59,874 nt of DNA from a virus (IMGVR_UViG_3300020045_005987:1-59874); one strand, 5' to 3'. Positions 25,192-35,645 are shown, counted from the stretch's first letter. Program-made: numbers and translations. Notes: generated by a model from the letters alone, not told the origin.

Positions 25192-27180
25192 ATGGAGTTC
25201 AGTGATTTTCAGAAAGTATTTGCCTCCCACTCAAAAGAAGTGTTGAAATATGACAACCTTTTCGTCCTTGATGTCGATAAGGACTTGCTGTGGGCTACGT
25301 ATTTGAACGGATTCCCTCCAGAGTTCAATCAGGTGTATCGGGAACGGCGTGAGTTTGATTGCTCATGTTGTCGTCACTTCATCAAGAATGCTGGAGCGTT
25401 GGTTGCAATCACTCCCGACTATGAAGTTGTCACGCTTTGGGACTTCGACACCAATGATGAGTGCTACCAGCCCATGCTCGAAGCCATGGGCGAATTTTTT
25501 CGGTCCCGTATCCAAGGTACGTTTTTTGCCAAGCAGAAAGTCTTTGGAGCAAAGACCACCCTTGAACAATTGGACAAGGGCGTGAAGAAGTGGCACCATT
25601 TGTACCTTGAAGTCCCTGACAAATATGTCACCAATGACGTTGCTGAGAAGAAGGAAACCTGCCGCGCTACTGCTCAGGTATTTGATCGTTCATTGAATGA
25701 GTTAAGCCCTGAAAGCGTAATGATCGCTCTTGAACTCATTGACGAAAAGATGTTATATCGCGGCGATGAGTGGAAGAACCCTCTCCTGACATTCCAAGGA
25801 TTGCAAAATGACTTCCTATCCCTTGATGATTACCACAGGGAGAGATTTGTGTGGCGACAGTCTTTGAAGGTTGGTGGCAATGTTGCGAGAATTCGCAACA
25901 ACAGTGTCGGCACATTGTTGACTGACTTGACTGGTGGAATGGAAGTTGATCAAGCCCTGTGCCGTTGGGAAGGTGTGATGGCTCCCACCAATTACAAACG
26001 CCCCAAGGCCGTGTTCACGAAGAAGATGGTAGAGGAAGCCGCGAAGACAGCAGAGGAATTGGGTCTGTCTGATAGCTTGCATCGTCGCTTTGCAACCATT
26101 GAAGACATCACCATTAACAATGTTTTATGGGTGAATAAGGGAGCAAAGAAGCGTGGCGGAAAGTTAGGTGCTTTCCAGCAACTTGCTGATAATGTTCAAG
26201 TCAATCCGCGCAATGTAAACGCTCAAAGTATCAATGTCGAAGACTTCATTCAGCACATTGGAGAACTCCAGAGCCTTGAAGTGTTGTTTGAAGGTCGTCA
26301 CTCTGGCAACCTTGTTTCGCTCATTTCACCCATGTACGAATCCATCCCACTGACAAAATGGGATAACGGGTTTACATGGGCGTACAATGGCAACATTGCC
26401 GATAGCATGAAGGAGCAGGTCAAAGCTGCTGGCGGATTTGCTGATGGTGTGTTGCGCTTCTCAATTCGTTGGAACGACGGCAATGGTGATACGAGCGACT
26501 ATGACGCTCATTGCCGCACCCCGCATGGTGTGATTTATTATAGTAACAAAGTAGTTGGTCGTGGGATGTTGGATGTTGATATTATCCACCCGACTGGCGT
26601 TGCTGTAGAAAATATCACTTGGCGCGAGAAGCAGGATATTCCTGTTGGCAAGTATGATTTCTTTGTGCGTTGTTACAATGCCCGAAATAGCCAAATGTTT
26701 GATGCTGAAATCGAAGCTGATGGTGAAGTTTTCCAGTTCACATATCCACATCGAATGAATACTGGAGAGGATGTTGCGATCTCCAGCGTCACATGGAACG
26801 GGCGTGAATTCAGCATAAAGAATCATCTTGAAGAAACTGCCGCTCTTGGGAAAGAAGTGTGGGGTGTTGGTACTGGAGTATTCTCGCCAGTTTCGACTGT
26901 AATGTTTTCCCCGAACCATTGGGACGATAATGCAATTGGAAATCGTCATTACTTCTTTATGCTCCAAAACTGCAAGAATGATGGTCAGCCGAATGGATTC
27001 TATAATGAATTCCTGCCCGAAGGTTTGACAAAGCACCGCAAAGTTTTTGAGGCATTGGGTAGCCAGATGAAGGTTGAAAAGTCAGACGTTCAATTGTCCG
27101 GTCTTGGGTTTAGCACCACAAAGCGTGATAACCTGATTGTCAGAGTTGATGGCGGTCAGATATTGAAAATCATATTCTAA
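25192..27180 (+). CDS. Large conserved phage protein with YfaP-like domain
   Basis: DCSCCRHFI; LRFSIRWN..DYDAHC...LDVDI...AVENITW. Confidence 0.8.
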   Translation: MEFSDFQKVFASHSKEVLKYDNLFVLDVDKDLLWATYLNGFPPEFNQVYRERREFDCSCCRHFIKNAGALVAITPDYEVVTLWDFDTNDECYQPMLEAMGEFFRSRIQGTFFAKQKVFGAKTTLEQLDKGVKKWHHLYLEVPDKYVTNDVAEKKETCRATAQVFDRSLNELSPESVMIALELIDEKMLYRGDEWKNPLLTFQGLQNDFLSLDDYHRERFVWRQSLKVGGNVARIRNNSVGTLLTDLTGGMEVDQALCRWEGVMAPTNYKRPKAVFTKKMVEEAAKTAEELGLSDSLHRRFATIEDITINNVLWVNKGAKKRGGKLGAFQQLADNVQVNPRNVNAQSINVEDFIQHIGELQSLEVLFEGRHSGNLVSLISPMYESIPLTKWDNGFTWAYNGNIADSMKEQVKAAGGFADGVLRFSIRWNDGNGDTSDYDAHCRTPHGVIYYSNKVVGRGMLDVDIIHPTGVAVENITWREKQDIPVGKYDFFVRCYNARNSQMFDAEIEADGEVFQFTYPHRMNTGEDVAISSVTWNGREFSIKNHLEETAALGKEVWGVGTGVFSPVSTVMFSPNHWDDNAIGNRHYFFMLQNCKNDGQPNGFYNEFLPEGLTKHRKVFEALGSQMKVEKSDVQLSGLGFSTTKRDNLIVRVDGGQILKIIF

Positions 27181-27197
27181 GAAAAGGAGATTCCGAA

Positions 27198-27572
27198 ATG
27201 GACAATTTGTTTATGCAAGCAAGCAAGATGGGCGTTACCTTCAACTTCAAAGGCACAATCACGGTGAACGACCTGTGGGATTTGTCGCAGAAAGACCTTG
27301 ACAAAATCTATCGTGACCTCACTGCTGAACAACGTGCAGTGAGCGGCGACAGCCTCATGGAAGAACGCAAGGCAAACACTGAACTCGAAGTGAAGATCGA
27401 GGTCGTCAAAGCCGTGTTCGAGCAGAAGAAGCAGGATGCCGCTGACAACCTTGCCCGCGCCAAGAACAAGGAGCGCAAGGAGCGGTTGAAGGAATTGCTC
27501 GACAAGAAGCAGGACGAGCAATTCAGTTCCCTGCCCGTCGAAGAAATCCAGAAGATGATCGATGAATTGTAG
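27198..27572 (+). CDS. Coiled-coil conserved phage protein, partner of upstream gene
   Basis: F...KG.ITV.DLWDL motif; AAGGAG. Confidence 0.8.
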   Translation: MDNLFMQASKMGVTFNFKGTITVNDLWDLSQKDLDKIYRDLTAEQRAVSGDSLMEERKANTELEVKIEVVKAVFEQKKQDAADNLARAKNKERKERLKELLDKKQDEQFSSLPVEEIQKMIDEL

Positions 27573-27590
27573 GTGAATCGAACATTAGGC

Positions 27591-27618
27591 AAAGGACAGA
27601 ATAAACCCTGTCCTTTTT
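27591..27618 (+). terminator. Intrinsic terminator
   Basis: aaaggacag/ctgtccttt plus T-run. Confidence 0.8.
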
Positions 27619-27625
27619 GATTTTC

Positions 27626-27655
27626 TTGATATTCAGGGTGGATATGGTGTAAAAT
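27626..27655 (+). promoter_or_regulatory. Promoter for packaging region
   Basis: TTGATA-18-TAAAAT. Confidence 0.5.
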
Positions 27656-27776
27656 GCAACTGGATTACATTTCTCCTCCCCAAACCCGCTTGGCTTTGGT
27701 CAGGCGGGCGAGGATGACAAGGAAGTTGCTGGATTAAAATGATCCTTCGAATTGGACACAAATTATAGGAATTAGA

Positions 27777-28106
27777 ATGACTCAAATCCTAATCTTTAGC
27801 GCGATAATCAGTTTCTTCATCTGGCACGGTTGGCGCACTCATAACAAATGGGTAATCAGCTATATAGGGCAAAGGCAGTTTTACCGAAGCATTTATTTAT
27901 TCATGCCCTCTTGGAGATTGGCGCGATGGATAAAACTCAATCTTTCGGGTCATCGGTGCAAGTGGTGTAGAACGACACAGAGAATTGATTGTCATCATCG
28001 TTACTACCAAATCATGGGAAAGTTCTCAGTATTATATTTTGAGTGGCTTATGCCTTGGGTATTGGAGTGCTTGTGCCGAAGTTGCCACGATGAAGTTCAT
28101 GGATAA
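27777..28106 (+). CDS. HNH-like protein with N-terminal hydrophobic segment
   Basis: CKWC...DCHHR.Y...LC.SCH..VH; near terminase. Confidence 0.65.
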   Translation: MTQILIFSAIISFFIWHGWRTHNKWVISYIGQRQFYRSIYLFMPSWRLARWIKLNLSGHRCKWCRTTQRIDCHHRYYQIMGKFSVLYFEWLMPWVLECLCRSCHDEVHG

Positions 28107-28109
28107 ATA

Positions 28110-28280
28110 ATGACAGATGTAACAGATAAGCCAAATGAATTGAAACCATTAAGCAAGAAGCATAGACGCTTTCTTGATGAATATCTGATTTGTTTCAACG
28201 CAACTCAGGCATATTTAACGGTTTATCCGGAGTCAACATATGAGTCAGCACGGGTAAGTGCAAGTAATTTAGAGTTATAA
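28110..28280 (+). pseudogene. Truncated terminase small subunit (HTH N-terminus only)
   Basis: LSKKHRRFLDEYL..FNATQAY..VYP...YESARVSAS then stop at 56 aa. Confidence 0.7.
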
Positions 28281-28353
28281 TCTATTCAAACAAATCTCCC
28301 GCAACGTTGGACACGTCCGGGAGAAAGACCAAGCGCATTGGAGGCGCATTAAT

Positions 28354-28833
28354 ATGGACATTTTAGCACAAAAGCACATGTCGTATGAAGAAGCCATAAA
28401 GCTTGTGGCTGAAATTGAGAACTTCGATTCGAGAGAGTTTTGCACAGATGGCAAGCCAGACATATTCAAGTTGTTTGCAAAGAAAAAGAGCAACATGATA
28501 ACGTCGTTTGCGGTTGACAATGAAAATAAGGTTGTCAAAATCAAGCTTAAGGGCGACCACTCAGAATATGTTTACTTGATACGCTCAGCGTCTTGCTTCA
28601 CAAAAATTGAACATACGGACAATCTAAAAAAAAGATTTGCCAGTATAGACACAAGCAGTCCAGAGAAAATAACAATTTACTATTCAAAGGTCGTAAGAAA
28701 TAGAGTCAATCTCGAAAGAAAACTTCACTCTATATTTTCAGAAAAGCGAACAAAAGGCGAATGGTTCTTATTGTCTGATGAAGATTTGCAGGAAGCAAAA
28801 GCCATCATAAATTCAAGCGTGGATGATAAATGA
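28354..28833 (+). CDS. T5orf172/GIY-YIG-like domain protein
   Basis: YVYLI...KIEHT..L.KR...TSSP...LE..LH..F...GEWF.L. Confidence 0.8.
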   Translation: MDILAQKHMSYEEAIKLVAEIENFDSREFCTDGKPDIFKLFAKKKSNMITSFAVDNENKVVKIKLKGDHSEYVYLIRSASCFTKIEHTDNLKKRFASIDTSSPEKITIYYSKVVRNRVNLERKLHSIFSEKRTKGEWFLLSDEDLQEAKAIINSSVDDK

Positions 28834-30107
28834 GCGACTTAACTTGGACACCCATAAAAATTAGAATCGGGCAAATTCGCCCATGGACTGACAACCCGCG
28901 CATGAGTACCAAAGCGCAGGCGGAGCGGTTGATACAATCCGAGCAGGAATTGGGACAAATCCAAACGCTTGCAGTATCACCTTTTGATGGTGATTTTGTG
29001 GACTTGTACGATGGTCATCAAAGATATTCGGCGTGGATGACTGTCAAGCCACGTGACTTTGAAGTTGTTGCTTTACAGTCTAATCGTCCATTGCGCGAGG
29101 ATGAACGGCGCAAGGTTGCGATATTGCTTCACACCGCCACAGGTGGCTGGAATTGGCAAACCATCAGTGGCTGGACGGTGGGCGAGTTGAAGCAATGGGG
29201 ATTAATTTCAAAAGAAAATATCAAAGGCTGGCAAACTAACATCACAAACGTCAAAGAGATTATAGCGGCTGAAACAGCAGATAGCATTGACGCGGAAGCT
29301 CAAATGGAGAGAGCTGACGAATTACAGCAAAAGTGGAATGTAAAAGAAGGCGATTTGTGGAAGTGCGGAAATCATTTATTACTTTGTGGTGATAGCGCAA
29401 AACGAGAATACGTCTCGAAGGTTATGTGTAGCGATAAAGCTACCCTACTTTTTACTGATCCGCCCTATGGAGTGTCGATAGGTGACAAGAATAAGTTCCT
29501 GAACAAGTTCCAGAAGTCAGGACGAGTCCTGACTTCTATCGAATCGGATGACGCGACTGCGGAAGTTTTAGGTGACATGCTTTTACAGGTATTTACTCTT
29601 TCCAAGGAATTTTTAGCGGAGGACTGCTCAATCTTTGTTTGCAGTCCGCAGGGTGGAAGTCTTGGAATAATGATGATGATGATGATGAGGGATGCGGGAA
29701 TGGAGGTTCGTCATGTGCTTAATTGGGTAAAAAATAGTCCAACCTTTTCTTTTGGGCGGCTAGATTATGAGTACAAACACGAACCCATTTTGTTTACATG
29801 GATAAAGAAGCATAAGAAAATAATGAATGGGCAGTTCAAAAATAGTGTTTGGACAGTCGACAAGCCAATGGCGAATAAAGAACACCCAACTATGAAGCCT
29901 GTTGAATTGTACGAAAACGCCCTACTAAACCACACCGACAACGGTGATATTCTTTATGAGCCATTTGGAGGGAGTGGTACTGGAATGATTGCAGCGGAGA
30001 ATACAAAACGTGTTTGTAGAATGATTGAACTTACTCCACGATATTGTTCTGTGATTCTTGAACGCTTCCACACCGCCTTTCCCGATGAAGAAATAAAGCT
30101 GCTTTAA
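28830..30107 (+). CDS. ParB-like N-terminus + DNA N6/N4 methyltransferase
   Basis: NPR, DGHQR; FTDPPYG, HPTMKP, EPFGGSGT. Confidence 0.9.
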   Translation: MSDLTWTPIKIRIGQIRPWTDNPRMSTKAQAERLIQSEQELGQIQTLAVSPFDGDFVDLYDGHQRYSAWMTVKPRDFEVVALQSNRPLREDERRKVAILLHTATGGWNWQTISGWTVGELKQWGLISKENIKGWQTNITNVKEIIAAETADSIDAEAQMERADELQQKWNVKEGDLWKCGNHLLLCGDSAKREYVSKVMCSDKATLLFTDPPYGVSIGDKNKFLNKFQKSGRVLTSIESDDATAEVLGDMLLQVFTLSKEFLAEDCSIFVCSPQGGSLGIMMMMMMRDAGMEVRHVLNWVKNSPTFSFGRLDYEYKHEPILFTWIKKHKKIMNGQFKNSVWTVDKPMANKEHPTMKPVELYENALLNHTDNGDILYEPFGGSGTGMIAAENTKRVCRMIELTPRYCSVILERFHTAFPDEEIKLL

Positions 30108-30129
30108 GCAGATTAAGCGTGTCTATCTA

Positions 30130-30555
30130 ATGGCAAACAAGAAACTAACTATTAACGAAGTAGTAACCGCCCTAAATAACGCAAGAGGACTGAAAACTCT
30201 TGCGGCTGATGCGTTGGGAGTGACGTACAATACAATTGAGCGTTACATCAAAGCGTCTGTTACAGCACAAGAGACAATCAAGGCGGCGCGTCACAAAAGG
30301 ACAGACTTCGCCAAATCTAAACTTGACGAAGCATTGATGCGGGGCGAATCGTGGGCGATTATGTTCACACTGAAAAACAAGGTCGACCCTGACGCAGAGT
30401 TTGTTGGAGAGAGGCACGCGGTAGATAGTAATATTATCGAAATAAACCAGTCCACACCGAAGCCGGTACTCAGGCGGATTGCCGCTGGAATGTCCCCCAT
30501 GCTGGCTTTTACAGAATATGCTAGTGGAATAAACGCTGACAAATATGGTAAATAA
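30130..30555 (+). CDS. terS: Probable terminase small subunit (HTH)
   Basis: HTH plus AIMFTLK; directly upstream of TerL. Confidence 0.7.
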   Translation: MANKKLTINEVVTALNNARGLKTLAADALGVTYNTIERYIKASVTAQETIKAARHKRTDFAKSKLDEALMRGESWAIMFTLKNKVDPDAEFVGERHAVDSNIIEINQSTPKPVLRRIAAGMSPMLAFTEYASGINADKYGK

Positions 30556-32077
30556 TGTTGATTACCAGTCCAAAGCACAAGCCCTGCTTTTGCTGATGGA
30601 TGAAAGTGAAGAAAATCCATACAAGGTATTTCAGGAAAAGTATTATAACGATCCTGCTGGCTTCGTGCGGGATTGTTTTATTTGGGGCGAAAATGAAAAT
30701 GGAGCATCTGATTATCAAAATGATGTAATGGCTAATTTAGCAAAAAGTCGGCGTGTATCGCTTCGGGGACCTCACGGACTTGGGAAAACGGGGCTTGCGG
30801 CATGGCTGATATTGTGGTTTGCTCTGACCCGTGATGGTCAAGATTGGAAGATACCCTGTACTGCTTCGGCATGGAGACAGTTATCCAAGTTTCTCATGCC
30901 TGAACTCCACAAATGGGCAAGGCGATTGAAATGGGAAATTATAGGACGTGCCCCATTCAAGAATAATGTTGAACTTTTAGACTTATCCCTGAAATTAAAT
31001 ACAGGTGAAGCTTTTGCTCTTGCATCTGATAATTCAGCATTGATTGAAGGAGCACATGCGGATAATATTTTATACCTCTTTGATGAAGCAAAGACCATTC
31101 CAGATGATACATGGGACGCAGCCGAAGGCGCGTTGTCAGTCGGTAGTGCTTACATGCTCGCAATCTCCACGCCAGGCGAACCGATAGGCAGATTTTATGA
31201 AATACAATCTCATAAGACTGGATTTGAGGACTGGCATGTTATCAAGGTAACAAAAGACCAGACAATCAAAGCGGGGCGTATGAGCAGGGAATGGGCAAAT
31301 CAAAGACTTATTCAATGGGGCAATGAATCGGCTGTTTATCAAAACAGGGTTGAAGGCGAATTTGCTTCGAGTGATGAAGATACAATTATCAGCCTGGCAT
31401 GGGTTGAACGTGCCAATGAACGATGGCTTGCCAGAAAAGAAGCAGACAATTTCGGGGAGGTTACTGGACTTGGAGCCGACATTGGGCGCGGCGGTGATCC
31501 ATCCGTGATTTGTTTACAATGCAGTAATGCCATAAAGGAATTCAGGCGCATTGAAAACAAGGATGTGATGTCTATTGCGGGCTTAGTAAATGGATTATTG
31601 CAATTACACAAAAAGGCCAAAGCATCTATTGACGTTATAGGGATTGGAGCAGGAGTTGTGGACAGACTTCGAGAGGAAAAGGAATTAGCCCCGCGTATAA
31701 TCGCATTTAATGCTTCGTCACATACAGACTCAAAAGATAGGTCAGGTGAATTAGGTTTTATCAATATGCGGTCTGCTTCATGGTGGGCGGTGCGTGAGTT
31801 GTTGCAAAATGATGAAATAGACCTACCCCACGATGATGAATTAACGGGTGAATTGGTTTCTCCCAAATGGAAAGTCATGTCCGGTGGTAAAATACAAGTC
31901 GAAAGCAAGGATGATATTAAAAAACGGCTTGGACGTTCCACGAATTATGCTGATACTGTTATTCAAGTCTTTGCGCCCTCACAGAAAAAATCATTCTCTC
32001 TAAATCCCATTGCTTCACAAAGCAATTATATTTCTGGCAGTGTCTCTGATAATACTAATTCAAGACCAAAGTTTTAG
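30545..32077 (+). CDS. terL: Terminase large subunit
   Basis: GPHGLGKT, LFDEA, ISTP, GADIGRGGD, ESKDDIKKRLGRS. Confidence 0.95.
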   Translation: MVNNVDYQSKAQALLLLMDESEENPYKVFQEKYYNDPAGFVRDCFIWGENENGASDYQNDVMANLAKSRRVSLRGPHGLGKTGLAAWLILWFALTRDGQDWKIPCTASAWRQLSKFLMPELHKWARRLKWEIIGRAPFKNNVELLDLSLKLNTGEAFALASDNSALIEGAHADNILYLFDEAKTIPDDTWDAAEGALSVGSAYMLAISTPGEPIGRFYEIQSHKTGFEDWHVIKVTKDQTIKAGRMSREWANQRLIQWGNESAVYQNRVEGEFASSDEDTIISLAWVERANERWLARKEADNFGEVTGLGADIGRGGDPSVICLQCSNAIKEFRRIENKDVMSIAGLVNGLLQLHKKAKASIDVIGIGAGVVDRLREEKELAPRIIAFNASSHTDSKDRSGELGFINMRSASWWAVRELLQNDEIDLPHDDELTGELVSPKWKVMSGGKIQVESKDDIKKRLGRSTNYADTVIQVFAPSQKKSFSLNPIASQSNYISGSVSDNTNSRPKF

Positions 32078-32107
32078 GCTTAAGTTTTTAATCATGGAGT
32101 ATATATC

Positions 32108-33652
32108 ATGTCAAATGAAGGATTGATTTCAGATGCTCTTAGGCTTACACAGCCTGTTTTATCTCTGTCAATGGATGTGGATGACGCATTCAAAGGTTGG
32201 ATCAAATCCAGTGGTGCCAAGGTTGCTTTGTATCGAGATTATGAACGTGGATCGCATCGTGCTGTAATTACCACGCAGATGCGTAAGATGCTTCGGCTCA
32301 CTGCTGATGATTCCGGTCTGGTTGACTTCAATGATAATTACATGCAGATTGTTGTTGACAAAATGGCTGGAAGGTTGCATGTCAATGAAGTTACTCTTAG
32401 TGATACGGATCAAGATAAGGCGTGGCTATCCCCGTTATTGGAGTTCAATAATTGGGATGCATTACAGGGAACTGTTTTTCGTGGAGCAATCCGCGATGGG
32501 GATAGTTATTTGATGGTTGATCCTGAGACACTGGAATGGACAAGCGAAGCGGCGTATGATGGATTTTCTGGTGTGTTTGCCCTGTTTGATAATAATATGA
32601 ACACGCCTTATTGGGCTTGTAAGCTTTGGTCAGAGGCCAGTTCAGAGGGACAGGATGAAGTCATGCGGCTTGTGGTGTATGAGCCTGACAAAGTCAGTTA
32701 TTGGCGCGGGGAGAGTGATGGTAGTGAATTAAAGGCTGACAATGTGGTTGAAACTTCCACAATCAAAGAACCGTTTATTTTGAAGGAGGGCGAGGAATTA
32801 CCAGAGTTTATAAATGTTCGTCCGTGGCCTTTGCCGTCTCAAACAATTCCTATTATCCACTTTGTCAACAAGTATGACAACTATTCTGACAGTGGAGAAA
32901 GTGAAATTCGCCCCGGCATTCCATTGCAGGATGTGTTGAACAGAACCCTGCACAGCATGGTTATGGCTAGCGAGTTTGCCGCGTTCAATATCCTGTGGTC
33001 AAAGGGAATTGCGTTGGACGTTACTGCAATACAACCCGGTGCAGTGTTGAATCTTCTGCTCAAAGATTCCAATGGCAATGTTATTACAGATCTAACGCCA
33101 GAAGCAACTGCCTTCTTGCAAGCCGTGGCTGTTGGACAATTCACAGGGACGGACATCGGCCAGTACACAAATCAAATTGACAAGATTGTGCGCGAGATCA
33201 GTCAGGTCACACAGACCCCGATATATGGGATCACGAACCAAGGCGCTGTGTCTGGTGAGGCATTGAAACAGCTTGAAATCGGGTTGATCGGGAAGTGCGA
33301 GAGATTCCAACGTCAGAACACGGATGCCATTCGGGATTTGATCAAGTTGTCTGCCGAGATTCAAAAGACCTTCAATACTACTTACGAAGGTACTCCGCCT
33401 GAGATCAAGACTGTGGCTGTGGCATGGAAATCACCTGAAATTCTAGACGTTTCGCAACAGCTAACTGTTATTTCACAAATTCGACGCGATAATCCCGGAC
33501 TTTTCACGGATGACTTTTATCGTGCAAGGATTGGCGGATTATTAGGCATGAACCAGACGGACATCTCCAAAGAAGGGGTTGCGGCTAAAAATGAGGCGAG
33601 TTTGAACCTGCTTGCTTTGACAGGTGGGGATGGAAGCATCCCGCCTGTTTAG
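32108..33652 (+). CDS. Portal protein (SPP1-like)
   Basis: Follows TerL; N...VVD, PIIHF.N, SGEALK. Confidence 0.9.
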   Translation: MSNEGLISDALRLTQPVLSLSMDVDDAFKGWIKSSGAKVALYRDYERGSHRAVITTQMRKMLRLTADDSGLVDFNDNYMQIVVDKMAGRLHVNEVTLSDTDQDKAWLSPLLEFNNWDALQGTVFRGAIRDGDSYLMVDPETLEWTSEAAYDGFSGVFALFDNNMNTPYWACKLWSEASSEGQDEVMRLVVYEPDKVSYWRGESDGSELKADNVVETSTIKEPFILKEGEELPEFINVRPWPLPSQTIPIIHFVNKYDNYSDSGESEIRPGIPLQDVLNRTLHSMVMASEFAAFNILWSKGIALDVTAIQPGAVLNLLLKDSNGNVITDLTPEATAFLQAVAVGQFTGTDIGQYTNQIDKIVREISQVTQTPIYGITNQGAVSGEALKQLEIGLIGKCERFQRQNTDAIRDLIKLSAEIQKTFNTTYEGTPPEIKTVAVAWKSPEILDVSQQLTVISQIRRDNPGLFTDDFYRARIGGLLGMNQTDISKEGVAAKNEASLNLLALTGGDGSIPPV

Positions 33653-33761
33653 GTATAATGTGGATGTGTCGGTGACAGTCCGAGGTCTGATGGATAATTC
33701 CAGAATATGACAGGTAGATGACCCACATTCTTGATGACATAAACCCATAAGGAGTTGAAAA

Positions 33762-33979
33762 ATGTTGAGCATTGAAAATTACTACATGGAAATGTTCAAG
33801 AAGAACTCTCTTACACTTTTTGGCACAAACGACATTAACCCCGATTTGATTTGAAAAGATTAAAGGTTGTTAAAGAATCAGCTGAAGAATTTCAGTGCTT
33901 GTATTGTGGAAGCCCAAATGATATTGAGCATACTCATTGCAAGAAATGTGGTGCGCCTCGTTCGTTTGTGATAGGATAA
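33762..33979 (+). pseudogene. Frameshifted or deleted Zn-ribbon gene
   Basis: RBS+30-aa ORF, then other frame CLYCGSPN...CKKCGAP*. Confidence 0.5.
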
Positions 33980-33983
33980 TCTC

Positions 33984-34253
33984 ATGAATTCAGTTCCCTC
34001 TCAGTTAGATATTCCCGAATATGATTATTTTATAGTCCTTGAATTGCCGATGAATAAATTTCTTCGTCGTCAATTAGGTATTAATAAGGCAAAACGTGTT
34101 ATTCGTAATAATCCAAATTGGGCGTCGCAGATACAGACCTTGATTAAGACTCGCAAACCTTGTTCTTGTTATATGTGTGGTCATCGTAGAGAGTATTTTG
34201 GCGAAACTCGGCAAGAGATTAAATCCAAGTTAATAATGCAGGAAACAGAATAA
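33984..34253 (+). CDS. Small phage protein (CSCxMCG motif)
   Basis: KPCSCYMCG.RR.YFG.T.QE. Confidence 0.65.
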   Translation: MNSVPSQLDIPEYDYFIVLELPMNKFLRRQLGINKAKRVIRNNPNWASQIQTLIKTRKPCSCYMCGHRREYFGETRQEIKSKLIMQETE

Positions 34254-35393
34254 ATGCCGAGTTATGTGATAGATGCCAATGTAAGAAAAAGGCTTGTTGC
34301 TGATTATGCAAAGGCGGCCACGCCCATGCTTGTTCAGATCAAGCGCATATCCACGTCACCTGCCAGTAAAATGCAGAAAGCGTTGCGTGAATTCGATCAG
34401 GAAGCGCAAGGCTTGACGGAAAAGGGGCAACCCATATCACAGGACAATTCTGTGCTACAGAACGCTCTCAGAGCTTTGGGAGAGGTTTTTTCAAGTACAG
34501 AGTCGTTGATTAAGGCCAATGATGGCGTGATTCAAGCTTCCGGGCAGAAAAATGCCCCGCCAGCGGTCACGGCAAAGGTTTTTATAAAGGCCAGCGATCA
34601 ATTGACACGGCGCGGTGTTGATCCCCTCAGTCTCAAGGGTCAGAAAGAACTTCAAAAGACAGTGGATAAATCCGGTGCAAACTGGATCATGCCCAAGGAT
34701 GCCGAGGATTTTGCCGAGGACTTTATTTCGTCTGCCGCATGGATCTCAAAGATGGAGAATTGGGGAGCGGGTTATGCACAGTTGACAGCCAATGTAATTT
34801 TGGAGGGTATTCGCAATGGAGTTGGTCCAATAGCATCCGCGTCACAGTTAAGGCAATATGCTCAGAACATTCCTGTATCAGCGGCGGAGACTCTGACACG
34901 GACATTACAGTTGACAAGTTATCGGGAAGCCAGTATTGCAATGGAACAAATGAACGGAGGATTTATTATTGGAAAGATACGCATTTGTGCCTTGCAACCT
35001 ACTTCGTGTTTGGCGTGCATTGCTCTACATGGGACCGAACTTGCCCCGGGTGAGCGAGTTGACGATCATTACAATGGCATGTGTAGTGAGTTTTATCAGG
35101 TTCCGGGTGGGGATGAATTCCCCCCACTCATGCAGGCTGATAGTACACCAGGCAATAGGCAGTTTGTGCCATTTCAGAAGGGTGAGGAGTGGTTTGCTGG
35201 ATTATCACCTGAACGTCAAGCCATGCAAGTGTCATTTGCCTCAAGTCCTGCCAAGTTGGCCGCATATCAAGATGGAGTAGAATTGAGGGAGTTTATTACG
35301 GATCACAATGATGATGTGTTTGGTCATCAGATTGTGGAGAACTCGCTTAAGGGTATTGGTCAGGAAAAGTATTATGTTCGTAATCAGCCATAG
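34254..35393 (+). CDS. MuF-like minor head protein
   Basis: RT....YR, SCLACIALHG, DHYNGMC. Confidence 0.85.
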   Translation: MPSYVIDANVRKRLVADYAKAATPMLVQIKRISTSPASKMQKALREFDQEAQGLTEKGQPISQDNSVLQNALRALGEVFSSTESLIKANDGVIQASGQKNAPPAVTAKVFIKASDQLTRRGVDPLSLKGQKELQKTVDKSGANWIMPKDAEDFAEDFISSAAWISKMENWGAGYAQLTANVILEGIRNGVGPIASASQLRQYAQNIPVSAAETLTRTLQLTSYREASIAMEQMNGGFIIGKIRICALQPTSCLACIALHGTELAPGERVDDHYNGMCSEFYQVPGGDEFPPLMQADSTPGNRQFVPFQKGEEWFAGLSPERQAMQVSFASSPAKLAAYQDGVELREFITDHNDDVFGHQIVENSLKGIGQEKYYVRNQP

Positions 35394-35404
35394 AAAGGAT
35401 CAAA

Positions 35405-35644
35405 ATGGATAAGATAGTTTGGAGAGTAACGATTACTGCTGATTTTGCCACAACACACAGAGACATGGAAGAATTCTCTTTTCTTTTTTCTACTCGAACT
35501 GTTTATGATATTACTGATGCCATAAAACAGGCGGTTGATTTCTTTGGTGAAAATACTGGTGGAAAGGAAGAATTAATTGCATCGTTTTGGGTGACCAAAG
35601 TAGAATGCCTTGGTGCTATCATGTCGGAGTTGAAGGTCAAATAG
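35405..35644 (+). CDS. Hypothetical protein
   Basis: AAGGA RBS. Confidence 0.6.
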   Translation: MDKIVWRVTITADFATTHRDMEEFSFLFSTRTVYDITDAIKQAVDFFGENTGGKEELIASFWVTKVECLGAIMSELKVK

Positions 35645-35645
35645 T

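Noticed and set aside
29670-29687. (ATG)6 tract in the methyltransferase as phase variation
   Set aside because: A triplet repeat cannot shift frame, and poly-Met is to my recollection common in this family
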